Part shown: positions 37,931-50,950 of the stretch, one piece after another
How positions within the stretch are numbered: the stretch's first letter is position 1
How the letters are laid out: each line of letters begins with the position of its first letter
Assembly: GCA_013239625.1 (NCBI GenBank)
Contig: MU053994.1
Location: forward strand, 3,825,434-3,889,433
Length of the DNA: 64,000 nt
Origin: Lama guanicoe
Lineage: Eukaryota
Reading direction: 5' to 3'
Notes under the pieces: generated by a model
The model's input: only the letters and a program-made list of their open reading frames with translations
What the model was told of the DNA's origin: nothing
Databases searched by the model: none
Translations under genes and position numbers: made by a program

Positions 37931-38829
37931 AATTTCAAAAGAGAAGGGTAAAAGATGGTTGAGCTATTACAATGAGGGTATTGTCCTAAGGATTGGAGTC
38001 TTCTCAAATTTAGAATAAGATGAAGTTGTAACTAAACTTATAGCAAGATGGGATTTACATATAAGGAAGAATGAGTGAAGAAGGAGCATGGGAAATCTGC
38101 AGGCCTAGGGCTCAGTTTTGATTTTGTCATCACTTAGCTCTGGGACCAGGGACAAATCCCTTAACTTGTCCAGACCGTTGTAAAGTTGGATTGGATCATG
38201 GTCTAGATGAAATATAAGTAAAATGCCTTATGTTTGCAAAATTTACAAAAACATGGCCACATGAACTTAATGGATTAGAGGGCTGCACTAGAGTAGGTAA
38301 GCAAAAGCTAGATCTTTGTTGATTAAAATTCCAGAATACTATGATTCTTTGAAGTTAAGGCTGGGGTAAGGAAGACTAGAAGTTGCATAAATTTGAGGCT
38401 ATCTAGCTGAATTGAAAGTGCACATACCCTAGAACCCAGCAGTTCCTCTGGAGTACAAAAATGTTTACTGCAGCTTTGAAAGAAAAGAAGAAATAGCAAT
38501 ATGGCAAAGAATAATCTAGTACAGACATTAGATGATCAAAGAGGGGACAAGAAAAATTGAGGATTTTGTGTATGGTGTTTCTCATCTCGCCAATCATGTT
38601 ATATCTCAAATAACATTTGTACTGACACTTGTGAACTGTGTAAAACAAGATGCTGTAGAATAAGCATTAACTGCAAACTCTTTTGAAGGGCAGGACTGGC
38701 AGGCTGGCCAGCTGGCCCACTGACTCCTAAGGATCCTCATTGGGTGACCATTCATCATAGCAGACTAGAGACTGCCTCTCAGTCAGTAGAAAATTCTTCT
38801 AATCATCAAATGTATAAAATTGAAGCAGA

Positions 38830-39335
38830 GAATTCAGATCTTATCAGTGTTTAACCAAAAATGGAAGTTCTCTCTGGGAAAGAGATTTTCTCTAAATTTA
38901 ACAGATAATCTTAACAATAAATAAAATAAATGACATGATAAGTTGTAAGCTAAAATTTTCTGAAGTGTTAATAATAAATATTTTTTAAAATTCATTTTAG
39001 GAAACTAAATTATCTCTCTGTTGTCTCTACTGAAATGATATTATAAATCATTATCACACGAAATGACGATCAAAGCATGTGTATGGAAAATGTGAGAAAA
39101 ATATAGAGGTGGCTCAGGCTTTCAATTAGAAAAAACATTATGTTAGTTTTTTGGATTGTGTTTTAATCATAGAATTTTTCAACTATTTAAATAAGGTACT
39201 TTATTATGAGTTTTTTCATTCTGAATGAATATTTACCTTTACATGTAAATTTGTATTCCTAATTTTGTATTCTTTTCCTAAAAGATGGTACCTAAAATTC
39301 CATAAACTTCAGATTCCACAAAATCTGTATTTTTC
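38830..39335. mobile_element. hAT-Tip100 (Zaphod-like) DNA transposon remnant
   Basis: aatttgtattcctaattttgtattc...cctaaaattccataaacttcagattccacaaaatctg resembles a Zaphod3-type terminus (from memory). Confidence 0.45.
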
Positions 39336-39925
39336 TAGAGCTCAAGAGATTGTAAAATTCCAAATGCCAGTATACCACGTACATTATGGATCCTAACCGT
39401 GTCAGAAATTACCTGTGACCAGCCTGTTAGAAGCTTGGTGTCAGACTTACTAGAGTGATAATGATTAGTTGAGAATGGGTAAAATTTGTTATAGGAGTCA
39501 GAGTAGTTGAAAACCATATAACCTGGTTAAAAATCTATGTTGGTAGATCTGGTTAGAAATAATAATTATAAAAATGAAAATAATCATATCTAACATTTGT
39601 TGAATACCTTCTGTGGGCAAAGCTCATAATGTGCCTTTAACATCTATTCTCAGTTAATCTTCATATTAACTTTATTAAAGTAGCTGTCATATAAATAAGG
39701 GCAAATTCCCAGATAACTCATATGCTAAGACCTGCTGAATCCCTGTTCACTGGGAAAATCTCATGGAACCAGGATCAATAGCAGGTGTGCTGGTCGTCTC
39801 TTGCTTATTTATTCTAGGGAAGTGCATGGTGATCTAGCAGAGCGAGACATTCAGTTACAGGAGAAGTGCCCCGACTCTTCACTGCGGAGATTTTAAGCTA
39901 TATGTTTAGCTTTGTGAGAAGGCTT

Positions 39926-40425
39926 TGTAGTATATCAACTTGTTTAGGCTAAATTACATCCCAGAATTCCTTTCTTGTATATTCCTAGTTGAAATGGGCC
40001 ACAGAGAGATTCCCAGAGAGATTTGGGGAACTGAAAAGGAGGCGGCCAATATACATTGTTGCTGATCTACTTACTTACCTCATTGGGGTGAAACACATGT
40101 AGGTTGGGGCTACATGTGTTTTTAACTCCTTGGTGAAAGGCCCTGCCTTCTCCAGGTTACTTTGGTCTCAGAGGCAACAAGGATAGATAAGAATTTTACT
40201 TCATCCTTGTCAGTTTGCAGCTTGTGCTCATGGGGTTCCAGCCTTGTTGTGTTCTTTCCTTCCTGACTGCTTGCCCTGTAGATTTCAGGATCCAGCGTCA
40301 GATGTGGACACAATCTTACAGAAATTGCTTAACCAGTTACCACAATTGTGAAAACAACTCCTTCGTTATAAATTCCTCTCTCTCTCCTAATGGTTTTGCA
40401 TAGTTGATTTTCATGGAACTTGGCT
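39926..40425 (+). mobile_element. MLT2 (ERVL) LTR, MLT2E/F-like
   Basis: tgtagtatatcaacttgtttaggctaaattacatcccagaattcc...cttcctgactgcttgccctgtagatttcag...ccacaattgtga. Confidence 0.65.
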
Positions 40426-40480
40426 AAAGGCTAACTCCTTTTCTCAGACGCCAGTTTGCAGAGAATTAGTCTTGGACAAG

Positions 40481-41042
40481 TATGGCAGACTGTATTTTCC
40501 AAAGACGGCTGTGCTAATATACATCACTTCCCACATTCCCTTCTAACAATGCAATGTTGCTATTCCTCCATTGAGAGATGGGGTCTGGGTTCCCTCCCCT
40601 TGAACCTGGGAAAACCTTTGTAATTTCTTTCACTAAAAGAATGCAGCAGAAGGCTAGGTTATAAAAAGCAATATAGATTCCATCAAGTTTTCTCTCTCAT
40701 CTTGGGACACTCTCTTCATGAAACACAGCCATCATTCTATAAGGAAGTCTAAACCAGCCATGCTAGTCCCACATGGGAGACCATATGGAAGGGCCCATGT
40801 GGAGAGGAGCTTAAGTCTCCAACTGATACCCAGCATTAACCATCAGACATATGACTGAGGCTTTAGAAGTTTCCAGTCTCCAGCTTTTGAGTCTTTCATC
40901 TGAGGCCTTAGACATTGTGGAGTAGAATGGAACAGAAATGAGCTGTCCCAACAAATTAAAGATTTTTGAGCAGAATAAATATTGCTTTTCACCACTAAAT
41001 TTTGGAGTAACTTGTTATTTGGCATTAGTAACTGGAAAGACA
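40481..41042 (+). mobile_element. MLT1G-like MaLR LTR
   Basis: tatggcagactgtattttccaaagacggctg...aataaatattgcttttcaccactaaattttggag...gtaactggaaagaca. Confidence 0.82.
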
Positions 41043-41052
41043 AGTTAGCCTT

Positions 41053-41610
41053 GTGTCATAGCTATTATTGCAGCATAACAAATTTCTCCAAAATTTAGTG
41101 ATTCAAAAGTATAAATATTTACTATTTCATGCAGTTTCTGAAGGTCGGGAATTCAGGAGTTGCTTAACGTGGTAGCCCTGGCTTAGAGTTTCCCATGAGG
41201 CTGTAGTCAAGATGTTGGTCAGGGCTGTAGTCATTTAAAGGTTTGTCTAGGCTGGAGGATCATCTTCTAAGATGGCCCCTCACATGGTTATTGGCAGGAA
41301 GCCTTAATTCCTTGCTGGATGTTGGCAATAGACCTCGGTTCCTTGCACGTAGACCTCCCATAGAGCTGCCTGAATGTCCTCGTGATGTGACATTTGGCTT
41401 CCCCTGGAGCAGGTGATCCAAGAGAGAGACCAAAAAGAAAGTGAAAATGCCTTTTATGATCTAGTCTTAGAAGTTTCACACTGTCATCTCTACCACATTC
41501 TGTTTTTTATAGTCACTAAGTACAGCCCACACTCAAGAGGAGGACAAATAGACTACCCTTTGGAGGAGGGTGTGTCAAATAATTTGTGAATATATTATAA
41601 AATCACTACA
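41053..41610 (-). mobile_element. MLT1F-like MaLR LTR
   Basis: tagctattattgcagcataacaaatttctccaaaatttagtg...cttttatgatctagtcttagaagt...taaaatcactaca. Confidence 0.82.
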
Positions 41611-42429
41611 CTCTGACCTCAAAGGTGGCCTCTATGCCTCTGTCTCCCACTCTGTCAGCATCTCATTCTCTTTTCACAAAAGGAGGCTGTGAGACTATGT
41701 CATCTCCCTAGGAAACACTGAAAGAAACTAGTTTGGAGGGGCTGGGAGACTATCCAGTGCAGATTATATTCACCTGATAAGTTGGAGGAAGGCTGTTTAT
41801 AAGAATGATCGAGGTGGCATACATTGTCTAATCTGGAAAATATAAGACTGGCACCTGCAGCTGATTTGTGGAGATTGAGAAAATATTAACCAGAATTTGC
41901 AGTATTGCTCTTAAGTCTCTTCTAATAACTGGGAAACCTGTATCATCCTGGAAGGAAAAAGAGCTCTCCTACGTTAACGCTCAGCATTGGATCCTAGGAT
42001 CCATTGTTGAACATTTCATTGGTAAGGATTAGGTGTTTTACCTCAGTGAGGTTTGCAAGGGGATGAGAGATACCAGTAACAAAGTAGTGTGAGGAGAAAC
42101 TGGAATGGCCTCCATTCTCAACTTTCCAATGTACCAGTACATCTGGAACTGAAAAGAAGAGCCATTAACAGATTAGATTAAAATAGCACTTCTTTGAGAG
42201 CAGGGCCACTTGGATGACAGTTCTCTTGGAGTGCAAGATGGCTAATTGGCACTACCCCCTGAGTCTCTTGTAATTTCTGGTGTTCCATTCCTACTAGTTG
42301 AGGCACTTCTTCTGGAAGTATTTGTTCCATCTGGCTCATATCTAGGGTGATAATCTAAATGGAAACTCAGAAGTTGCCCATTCGGTGCCACATTTTAAAA
42401 AAATTTGCTATTACTGGTCACATATTGCT

Positions 42430-43265
42430 TTTGGTTGTTGTTGAGGTGAAATTCACATAACATAAAATTAACATTTTCAAAATTACACTTGGCATTTAGT
42501 ACATTCACAATGTTGTGCAACTACCACCTCTATCAAATTCTGAAACATATTAATCACTCCAAAATAAAACCTTTACCTATTAATCAGTCACTTTCCATTT
42601 TCCTTCCCTATAGACCCTGGCAACCACCATTCTTCTTTTTTTCTCTATAAATATACCTATTCTAGATTTCTCAAACAAATGGAATCATACAATATGTGGC
42701 CTTTTGGGTCTGTTTTTTTTTTTTTACTTAGCATAACATTTTCAAAATGTATGCATGTTGTAGCATGTATCAGTCCTTCATTCCTTTTTATGGCTGAATG
42801 ACTTCCATTGTATGAATGTACCACATTTTGTTTATTCATGTGTTGGTAGACATTTAGGTTGTTATCACTTTTTGACTGTAGTGAGTAGTGCTGCTATGAA
42901 TATTGGTGTACAAGTATTTGCTTGAGTACTTGTCTTCAACTGTTTTGGGTATATACGTAGGAAAATTGCTGGATCACATGGTTAGTCTATGTTTAACTTT
43001 TGAGGAACCACCAAAATGTTTTCCATAGGGTGCACCATTTCATATTCCCACCAGCAATGTACAAGTGTTCCAGTTTCTTCACATCCTCACCAACAGTTAT
43101 TTTCATTTTTTTAAATAAGAACCATCCTAATGGATGTGAAGTGTTATCTCATTGTGATTTTGATTTGCATTTTCCTAATAATTAGTGATGTTGGGCATCT
43201 TTTCATGTGCTATTGACCATTTGCATATCTTCTTTGGAGAAATGTCTACTTAAATTCTTTGCTTA
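42430..43265 (-). mobile_element. L1MB-type 3' end
   Basis: tgaggtgaaattcacataacataaaattaac...catattcccaccagcaatgtac...ttctttggagaaatgtctac. Confidence 0.88.
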
Positions 43266-43600
43266 TTTTTTTCAGCTTTATTGAGGTCTAAGTGACACAT
43301 AAAATTATAAGATATTTGAAGTATACAGCATGATGATTTGATATACAGCTACATTGTGAAAGGATTCCCCCCAGCAAGATAATTAACAAATCCATCACCT
43401 CACATATTTATCTTTTAGGGGGTTGAGAACATTTACATTCTACATTTTTAGCAAATTTTAATTATTATAGTGTTATCAACTATAGTCACCATGTTATACA
43501 TTAGATCCTCAGATCTCTTTCATCTTTTTTCCTATAAATACATTTTATTCAAAGAAAAATTTTGTTAACTTGTGAATACATACACATGCACACATGCAGA

Positions 43601-44168
43601 CAGTTGATTTTCATTTTTCACAGTAGTTATGTAGTTATATTTTAGAAAGTCACCACAGACACTGAATTAGTGAATACTGAACCATTTTCCCTAAAGGAAA
43701 TATAGAGTTAGGTTCCTATGAGCCTCGATCACAACATTTTCATCAACCAATCAATACAACATTGTTTTATGTGTGATTATGCTTAAAGTTACCTTAGTTA
43801 ATATATATTGTTGATTCATTAACATTGAACTCACAACCGACAGCACTTTAACTCATGCCTGAATGAAGGTTATTGAATAGATGTATTTTCTCCATAAGGC
43901 ATATCACAACCTTCTTGTGCTTAGGAACACTAGACAGCACTTCAGCACTATGCTTGGGGATCATTTTAAACAGCAAAATCACCAACAAAAAGGACAAAAA
44001 TGCAAAAAATGTAGCACTAAGTAGACTGTGAAAAGGACACTTGTTTACACTATGAAAGCTAAACAAGAAGACAGAAATGTTGCCTTATTTGACCTCAGCT
44101 GGGAAGGTGTACTTTAGGCAACTCAGTTTTTTTGTCACACAATGTATGTCCATGAATGACTGTGAAAG
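43601..44168. mobile_element. MER82-like TcMar-Tigger DNA transposon, one end missing
   Basis: cagttgattttcatt...aaagtcaccacagacactgaattagtgaatactgaacc...ttaggaacactagacagcacttcagcactatgc. ORF 43848-44066 shows a Tigger-like MIPKHSAEVLSSVPKHKKVVICLMEK remnant. Confidence 0.82.
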
Positions 44169-44219
44169 TTTTTTTTTCATTGAAGTGTAATTGACTTACA
44201 ATATTATTTTACTTTCAAG
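44169..44219 (-). mobile_element. ~50-bp L1 3' terminus (driver of the adjacent transduction)
   Basis: Minus strand reads cttgaaagtaaaataatattgtaagtcaattacacttcaatgaaaaaaaaa. Confidence 0.75.
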
Positions 44220-44625
44220 AGACCTTATTCATCTTATAACTGAAAGTTTATACTGTTTATCAACCTCTCCCTATTTCTCCTACCCCTGTCCCATGTAACC
44301 GCTTTTCTACTCTGTTTCTAAGAATTCAACTTTTTTTTTCAATATTTCACATATAAATGATACCATGCAGTATTTGTCTTACTCTGTCTGGCTTACTTCA
44401 CTTAGCATAGTGCCCTCCAGATTCATTCATGGTTTCACAAATGACAAGATTTTTTTCTTTTTAAAGGCTGGAATAATATTCCATTATCTGTATGTGCATC
44501 TCTATATCTATATACCACAGTTTCTCAATCCGTTCATTCATCCACAAACAGATCTATACCTTGGCTATTATGAATAAAGCTGCAAGGAACATACGAATGC
44601 AGATATCTCTTCAAGATAGTGATTT

Positions 44626-47600
44626 CCTCAGAGTGATTTATTCCTTGACCCATTGGTTTGTTAAGAATGTGTTCTTTAATTTCCACATATTTGTTAATTT
44701 TCCAGTCTTCTATGTCAGTGATTTCTAGTTTCATTTCATTGTATTTGAGGAAGATACTTTTTAGTGATTTAAATCTTTTAATATTTATTGAGACTTGCTT
44801 TTTGGCATAAAATATGGTTTATCCTGTAGAATGTTTCATGGGCACTTGAGAAAAATGTGTATTCTACTGTTCTGGGGTAGAGTGTTCTGTGTATGCCTTT
44901 TTGGTTTGTAGTATTGTTCAAGTCCTCTATTTCCTTATTGATATGTTTTGTTCTATCCATTATTGGAATTGGGCTTTTGAAGTATACAGCTATTATTGTA
45001 GAATTATTTCTCCCTTCAGTTTTCTAAAATGTTGCCGAATATAGTTCTGTTAGGTCCATATATGTTTTTAATTACTGTATCTTCTTGATGGATTGATCCT
45101 TTTATCAATATATAATGTTCTTCTTTGCCTTTTGCAATTTTTTTTACTTAAAGTCTGTTTTGTCTCATGTGAGTATAGCCACTCCATCCCTCTTTTGGTT
45201 ACGGTATGCATGTAATAGTTTCCCCATTCTTTCACTGTCAACCTATTTGTGTCTTTGCATCTAAAACAAATCTCTTATATATAATATATCATTGAATCAC
45301 GTTTTTAATCTGTTCTTCTAATCTCTGACTTTAATTGGAAATTTAATTATTTACATTTAAAATAATTAATGATAAGGGAGGACAAACTTTTAATATTATG
45401 CTATTTGTTTTCTGTTTGTCATATCTTTTATTGTGCCTCAGTTTCTCCATTACTGCTTTATTTTGTGTTTAATTGACTTATTGTAGTGTACAATTTTGAT
45501 TCCCTTTTGCTTCTTTTTCTCTCTAATTTTGATTATTTTCTTAGAGGTTATCCTGAGGATTACTACTAACCTCTTAAATATATAACAACATCTTTTGAAT
45601 TAATACAATCTTAGCTTCAATAGAATTGACAACTCTGCTCCTGTATAGTTCTGTCTCTCCCACTTTATATTGTTATTGTCATAAATTGCCTTTAAACATT
45701 ATGTGTCTAATAACATAGACTTATAATTATTGTATGCATTTGTGTCTCAAATAATACAGGAAAAAAGAGGAGTTACAAACCAAAAATACTTTAACAGTGG
45801 GTTTTGTATTTACCTATGTAGTTACCCTTACTAGTATTCATTATTTCTTTGTATGGCTTTTAGTTACTGTCCAGTATCCTTTCATTTCTTCTGGAAGGAC
45901 TCCCTTTAGCACGTAGTATGAAGCAAGTCTACTAGTGATAAACTCTCTTGGCTTTTGTTTATCTGTGAACATCTTAATTTCTTCTTCATTTGTAAAGTAT
46001 TGCTTTATTGGATATAGAATTCTTGGTTGACCATTTGTTTTTCCTTTTAGCAGTTTAAGTATGTTATTTATGGCTTCTTCTGAGAAATCATCTGTTAATC
46101 TTACTGATGATCTCTTGTACATGACAAATCACTTCCCTCTTGCTGCCTTCAAGATTATGAGGGTTTTTTTTTTGACAATTTGATTATGTGTCAATGTGAA
46201 TCTCTTTCCATTTATCCTACTTGGAGTTTGTTGAGCTTCTTAGATGTGTAGATTCATGTATTTTATCAAATTTGGGAAGTTTTTGGTCATTATTTCTTCA
46301 AACATTCCTTCTGCATAGTTCTTTCTCCTCCTTCTGGGAATCTCATTATGCATATGTATGCTTGATGGTGGCCCATGGGTCTCCTAGGCTGTATTCATTT
46401 TTCTTCTTTCCTTTTTTGCCTCTGCTCCTCAGACTGGATACTTTCAATTGACCTATCTTGAAGTACATTGACTCTTCTGCCTGCTCAAATCTGTAGTTGA
46501 GACCCTGTAGTGAGTTTTCCATTTTAATTATTGTGTTTTTCAGATCCAGAATTTGTTTGTTCCTTTTTATAATTTCCACCATTTTATTGATATCCTCTAT
46601 TTGTTCATACATCATTCTCCTGAGTTTCTTTAGCTCTGAGCATATCTTAAACAGTTGATTTAAGGTCTTTATCTAGTAAGTTCAATGTCTTTGCTTCCTC
46701 CAGAACAATTTGTGTTAATTTCTCCTGTGAATGAGATATACTTTCCTGTTTCTTTTCATTTTTGGATAATTTTTGGTTGAAAACTGATCATTTTCAGTGT
46801 TAGAATGTGGTAACTCTGGAAATCAGATTCTTCCTCCTCGAAGGTTGTTTTATTGTTTGCTCTAGGTTTTAGCTGTTTCTTTATTTAGTAACTTTCTAAA
46901 TTATTTTTGTAAAGACTGTATACTTTTTCTTGTACAGTCTTTGAAGTCTCTGTTACTTTTGCCTGTGTTTTGACAGATTTACTTGAGTGCCTGGAGTTAA
47001 CCAAAAAAGACAATGGGAGAAGAAAAGGAAAAAAAAAACCCTTTCTTAGTCTCTGAAGATTGACTCCATAGGGACACTCCTTAAATACTTACCTAAATTA
47101 TTTATAACTCTGTCTTAGCCTTCACTTCCTGCTGTGCTTAGCCTAAAGATAAGTCTTAGGTGAACTTTTAGGGACTTCCCAGGTGTTTTCTGAGCAAGAG
47201 TACGGCCCAGGGAATATGTGGCTTTCTAAATTTCTCAGTGTATTCAGGCAGTTTTCAATGCTTTAATTCTCCAAAGAATCTTTCAGCTTTTCCAACCAGG
47301 CTTCTGGTGTGTCTATGGTTTGCTTAAACTATAATCTTTTACCCTAGGCAGCCATGTGTTGTTCATTTGTCTTTTGATGTTTTTAAGGAATATCTCCTGT
47401 GTAGCCTGTTTTCAGCCCTGAGAAAGTTTTGAGTTAGGCTAAACACAGGCAAATGTTTTGTGTCAGTACTTCAGGCAGTCACTCTACAAGTCAAAATAAA
47501 CAAACACAATTCTTTGAGTACAATGTCGTCTGTCTCTCTCAGTAATAAGAAACTAGGGTCCTCCACAGGTCCATGGGCTGCTGTCTTCAAGACTGTCACC

Positions 47601-47830
47601 AGGCTAAGTTAGAGGGTGGGACAAAGGCAAGTAAAAGCATTGCAGAGCTCTTTGACCATTTAAAATTACCTCCTTCTTGATTCAGCATTTGCTTGGTTGT
47701 AAACTTTTGACTATTTTCCAGGGTTCCCATAATGTTAATTCTGACAGTTTTTACTCATTTTTAGGTCTTACTGTGGAGGGACAGGCCCTTGGAGCTACCT
47801 ACTTTTCCATTTTTGCTGACACCACCCCTT
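44626..47830 (-). mobile_element. 5' half of an ancient L1M: 5' UTR, ORF1 remnants, spacer and endonuclease remnant
   Basis: ORF 46346-46615 is the ORF1 coiled coil (ILDLKNTIIKMENSLQGLNYRFEQAEE). ORF 45841-46122 is the ORF1 C-terminal domain (QPRILYP..EEEIKMFTDKQK). ORF 44778-44960 is the endonuclease (EYTFFSSAHETFYRINHIL). Confidence 0.88.
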
Positions 47831-47849
47831 CACATTTTGTTTTTGATTC

Positions 47850-48050
47850 AGCTAGTATTTATTAAGTACTTATGCACCAGACAGTATGTCAGGTATTTTA
47901 CTTTTATTTTGCCCTCAGTATTTGTATGAGAACAGCACAAATACCTCCATTTCACAAAAGGAGATATATAGACTTAGAGAAGAATTGTCCAAGGTGATAC
48001 AAATAAGAAGAGATATAAATGAGCTTGAACTCAGAAATGTTTGATTTCCA
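47850..48050 (-). mobile_element. MIR SINE
   Basis: atttattaagtacttatgcaccagacag...cctccatttcacaaaaggag...tgtccaaggtgatacaa. Confidence 0.65.
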
Positions 48051-48491
48051 ATCTTAGGTTATTGATTACTAAGTTAAAATAATACATTAAGATAGTTAGG
48101 CAAGCATAATCAAAGGTGTTAGGTGACCTGATTCTAAGGGTAATTTATGCTTAGAGATTAATTGTAATTTTTTATATGAAAGGTAGTTTTCATTTTCTAT
48201 CTTTTATTCATGCTTTCCACCTAAATGGTATAACCGTGTTTTTGTGACAGTCCTCAGTAGAAGTAAGAGAAAGAAAAACATATCCCAGATGATACACCAA
48301 TAATCATGCAGAGTGGATGAACAGACTTTGATTATTGTTTACAATAGCTTGTAATCTCTTTTTTATAGATTCAAGTTAGGAGGGTTGCCGAAGTAAATGG
48401 AAAAGAGGCTAAGGGAGGGTGGCTGGATACTTGACACATGATTATCCTATTCTTGTGTGTATTTCACAGTTGTTTTTAATTTTTTGGATGG

Positions 48492-48752
48492 AGCATTATT
48501 CAGAATATGCAAAGACTCTGGTTCCAGATTCCCTGAGTTCAAGTTGGGGCTCTATTATGGATCATCTCTGGGACTTTAGGCAAATTAATTAATCTGTTTG
48601 TGCTTCAGTTTCCTCACTATGAGCTATGGGGACAACAATTGTACTGACCTCATAGTGTGCTTGATGGTTAGATGAGCTGGTAAAGTGAAAAGCATTCAGA
48701 ACTGTGCCTGGCACAGACTAACCACTCCAGAAGATTAGCTATTGCTGTTATA
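48492..48752 (+). mobile_element. MIR SINE
   Basis: gactttaggcaaattaattaatctgtttgtgcttcagtttcctcac...agcattcagaactgtgcctggcacag. Confidence 0.82.
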
Positions 48753-49699
48753 AAATTAAGTAAAAAAAACCTCACTTTTTTCCCCAACAAGATTTTAATG
48801 GTCACACTTCATTATCACCTCTCCTTGCCCACTTTCTTATACTGGAGGACCCTTATGGGGCAAAGGTTACTTCAGAGGCTTCTCTCTTCTTACATTTGAT
48901 CTTATTAGGGTGACCATCAATCAAAGGAGAAAAAGAAAATTGAATGGGTTTCCTATCAGGCCTAACAATGTCTTTAATTCTTCTTGATCTCAAGAAGGAT
49001 GAAAACATATAGACAGACATTTTTTTAATAACTGAAATTGTATAGCTAACCCTTATACTTGTACTGAAAGTTCCATTTTCATTTAGCATTTATTTCCTTC
49101 TAGGTAATTTTAAGTTAAAAAATTCTAGATAACATTAATATCAACAAAATTTTGTTAGTGATGTTACCTCTAATACACCAAGATGATGAGGCTAAATAAA
49201 AGTAGATAGAAGAAGTTTTTTTTAAATTCCTATTTGAAAGTCATTTTGGCATCCCATGGACATGAGGATTTATATTGTTTTCTCACCATGATACATATGA
49301 AGAATGATGTTGATGAGACTAACATAGTCCCAGGGACTCACCCAAGAATTCCTTGTATGCGCTGACGGACTGTAATCTTCATCTTCCCTTAAGAAGTCAC
49401 ATAAGAATTCCAGCAAATAAGTGTGACATTATTTTAATCAATAAATTTGAACCTTTTCTCAGTTATTTAAAAAGTAATCATCTTACCTATAAAAAGCAAA
49501 TGTTTTGAACATGTTGAAACTTTATAATTAGTGATGAATGTTGACAGTAAACCTCAGAGGTGACACTGTGTCATGATGGACACTGAGACTGAGAACAGCT
49601 AACCTGCCCAAGCCCTTCATCTTACAGAAGAAGAGAGGGAGATCAGCTGCTCAAGGTCACACAGAGGAGACTGACTCCAAGGTCACTTCACTCTGGGCT

Positions 49700-49990
49700 C
49701 AGTCACTAAGTCCTCAAACACTTACTGAGCTTCTTCTGTGTCTCAGGCCCCATGCCCAATATAATAGTAAACAAGACACTGCCTACTTCAAGGATTGGGG
49801 GAGTGAAGAGTGGAATGGGATCAACTGATGAATAAAGCATCAACTACAGAAAAGTTCAATGGAGATGTACAAGGGTTAGTGGGAGCCCATATCAGGGGCA
49901 TCAGACTGGACTTGTGAGTGAGGTTGAAGAGAGCCACTCAAAAGGGATGATATCTAACCTAAGCCTAAAGAATTAATGGGGGATAAGTCA
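49700..49990 (-). mobile_element. L2 3' fragment
   Basis: caaacacttactgagcttcttctgtgtctcaggccccatgc...aaacaagacactgcctacttcaagga. Confidence 0.55.
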
Positions 49991-50572
49991 TATTTAACCA
50001 ACTGATAATTAGTATTAAGGTAAGCCTATGTCCAAAATTGGCATCAAAGAGGGAAAACCAGACCTGGGACCTTAGCCAGAGATAGAATCTTTAGCTGGGG
50101 AATAATAAATAACAATACTCACTGATTTACTGTTGTTAGTTATTCAAAGCATATCTGTAATAGAATTTCATGTGATTGTCCCAATGAGTCTATGAGAAAG
50201 GATGGGTATAATCAACCTCTCAAAGAATGACCTAAAATGAAGTTAGAAGCAAATAACATGAAAATATAGTGTATGTGGCTATTTTGGTACTTTTTCTGAG
50301 ATACAACAGAACCTCTGGTAGCTCAAACACACACTGTAGGATTTTGTCCATTGGAGAAGTAGAAAATGCCGTACCAGTCGTGTCACTCAGCATTCTTCCT
50401 ATGAGCACTTTGCATTCTAGTTGAACTACCCCACATACAGACTTTGACCTATTTCCATAAGATGCTCTTCTCTTCCCTACCCCCACTGCAGCTATAGACT
50501 GAATTGGACTGCAGATATAGACTCAATTGATTCAGACCCTATAAAACAGGGCTAGGCCAATCAGATTTCCTT

Positions 50573-50950
50573 TGTGGAAGATTCAGTTATTAGCCCCAAT
50601 TTTTTAACCTTCCTTGCATCCATATCCTTATTATGATCTCATTAGAGGCAGAGAGTACTTTCCCATCCCTGACTTTGGGCTTGCCAAAACGTGACTTGTG
50701 TTAGCCAATGGCATGGTGGAGGAAGTATCACTGTGCTATTCTGAGCCTAGGCTTTAAGAAGCCTTGTGTATTTCTGCTCATCTTCTTGTACCTCTGTTAT
50801 CCCTTGAGAAGAACTGCTCCTGGACAACTTCTCTTATAGCCTGGATCTTAGAATGTGTACATGTGAATCAGCCACCAAAATGAGGTAGTTAAGGTCAACT
50901 AACTACCAGCTGACATACAGATCTATGAGAATAAATGATTAACGTTTTGT
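50573..50950 (+). mobile_element. MLT1H-like MaLR LTR
   Basis: gtgacttgtgttagccaatgg...ttctgagcctaggctttaagaagcc...atgagaataaatgatt. Confidence 0.72.

Larger units (their letters stand above)
43265..44625 (-). mobile_element. L1MA9-like 3' end inserted in the older L1, itself split by a transduction at 43527-44219
   Basis: ttttttcagctttattgagg...tatagtcaccatgttatacattagatcctcaga | ttattcatcttataactgaaagttt...gcagatatctcttcaagatagtgatttc. Confidence 0.82.

Noticed and set aside
41988..42003. Perfect 16-bp palindrome tggatcctaggatcca
   Set aside because: About one such palindrome is expected by chance in 64 kb (64000/4^8), and there is no supporting context.
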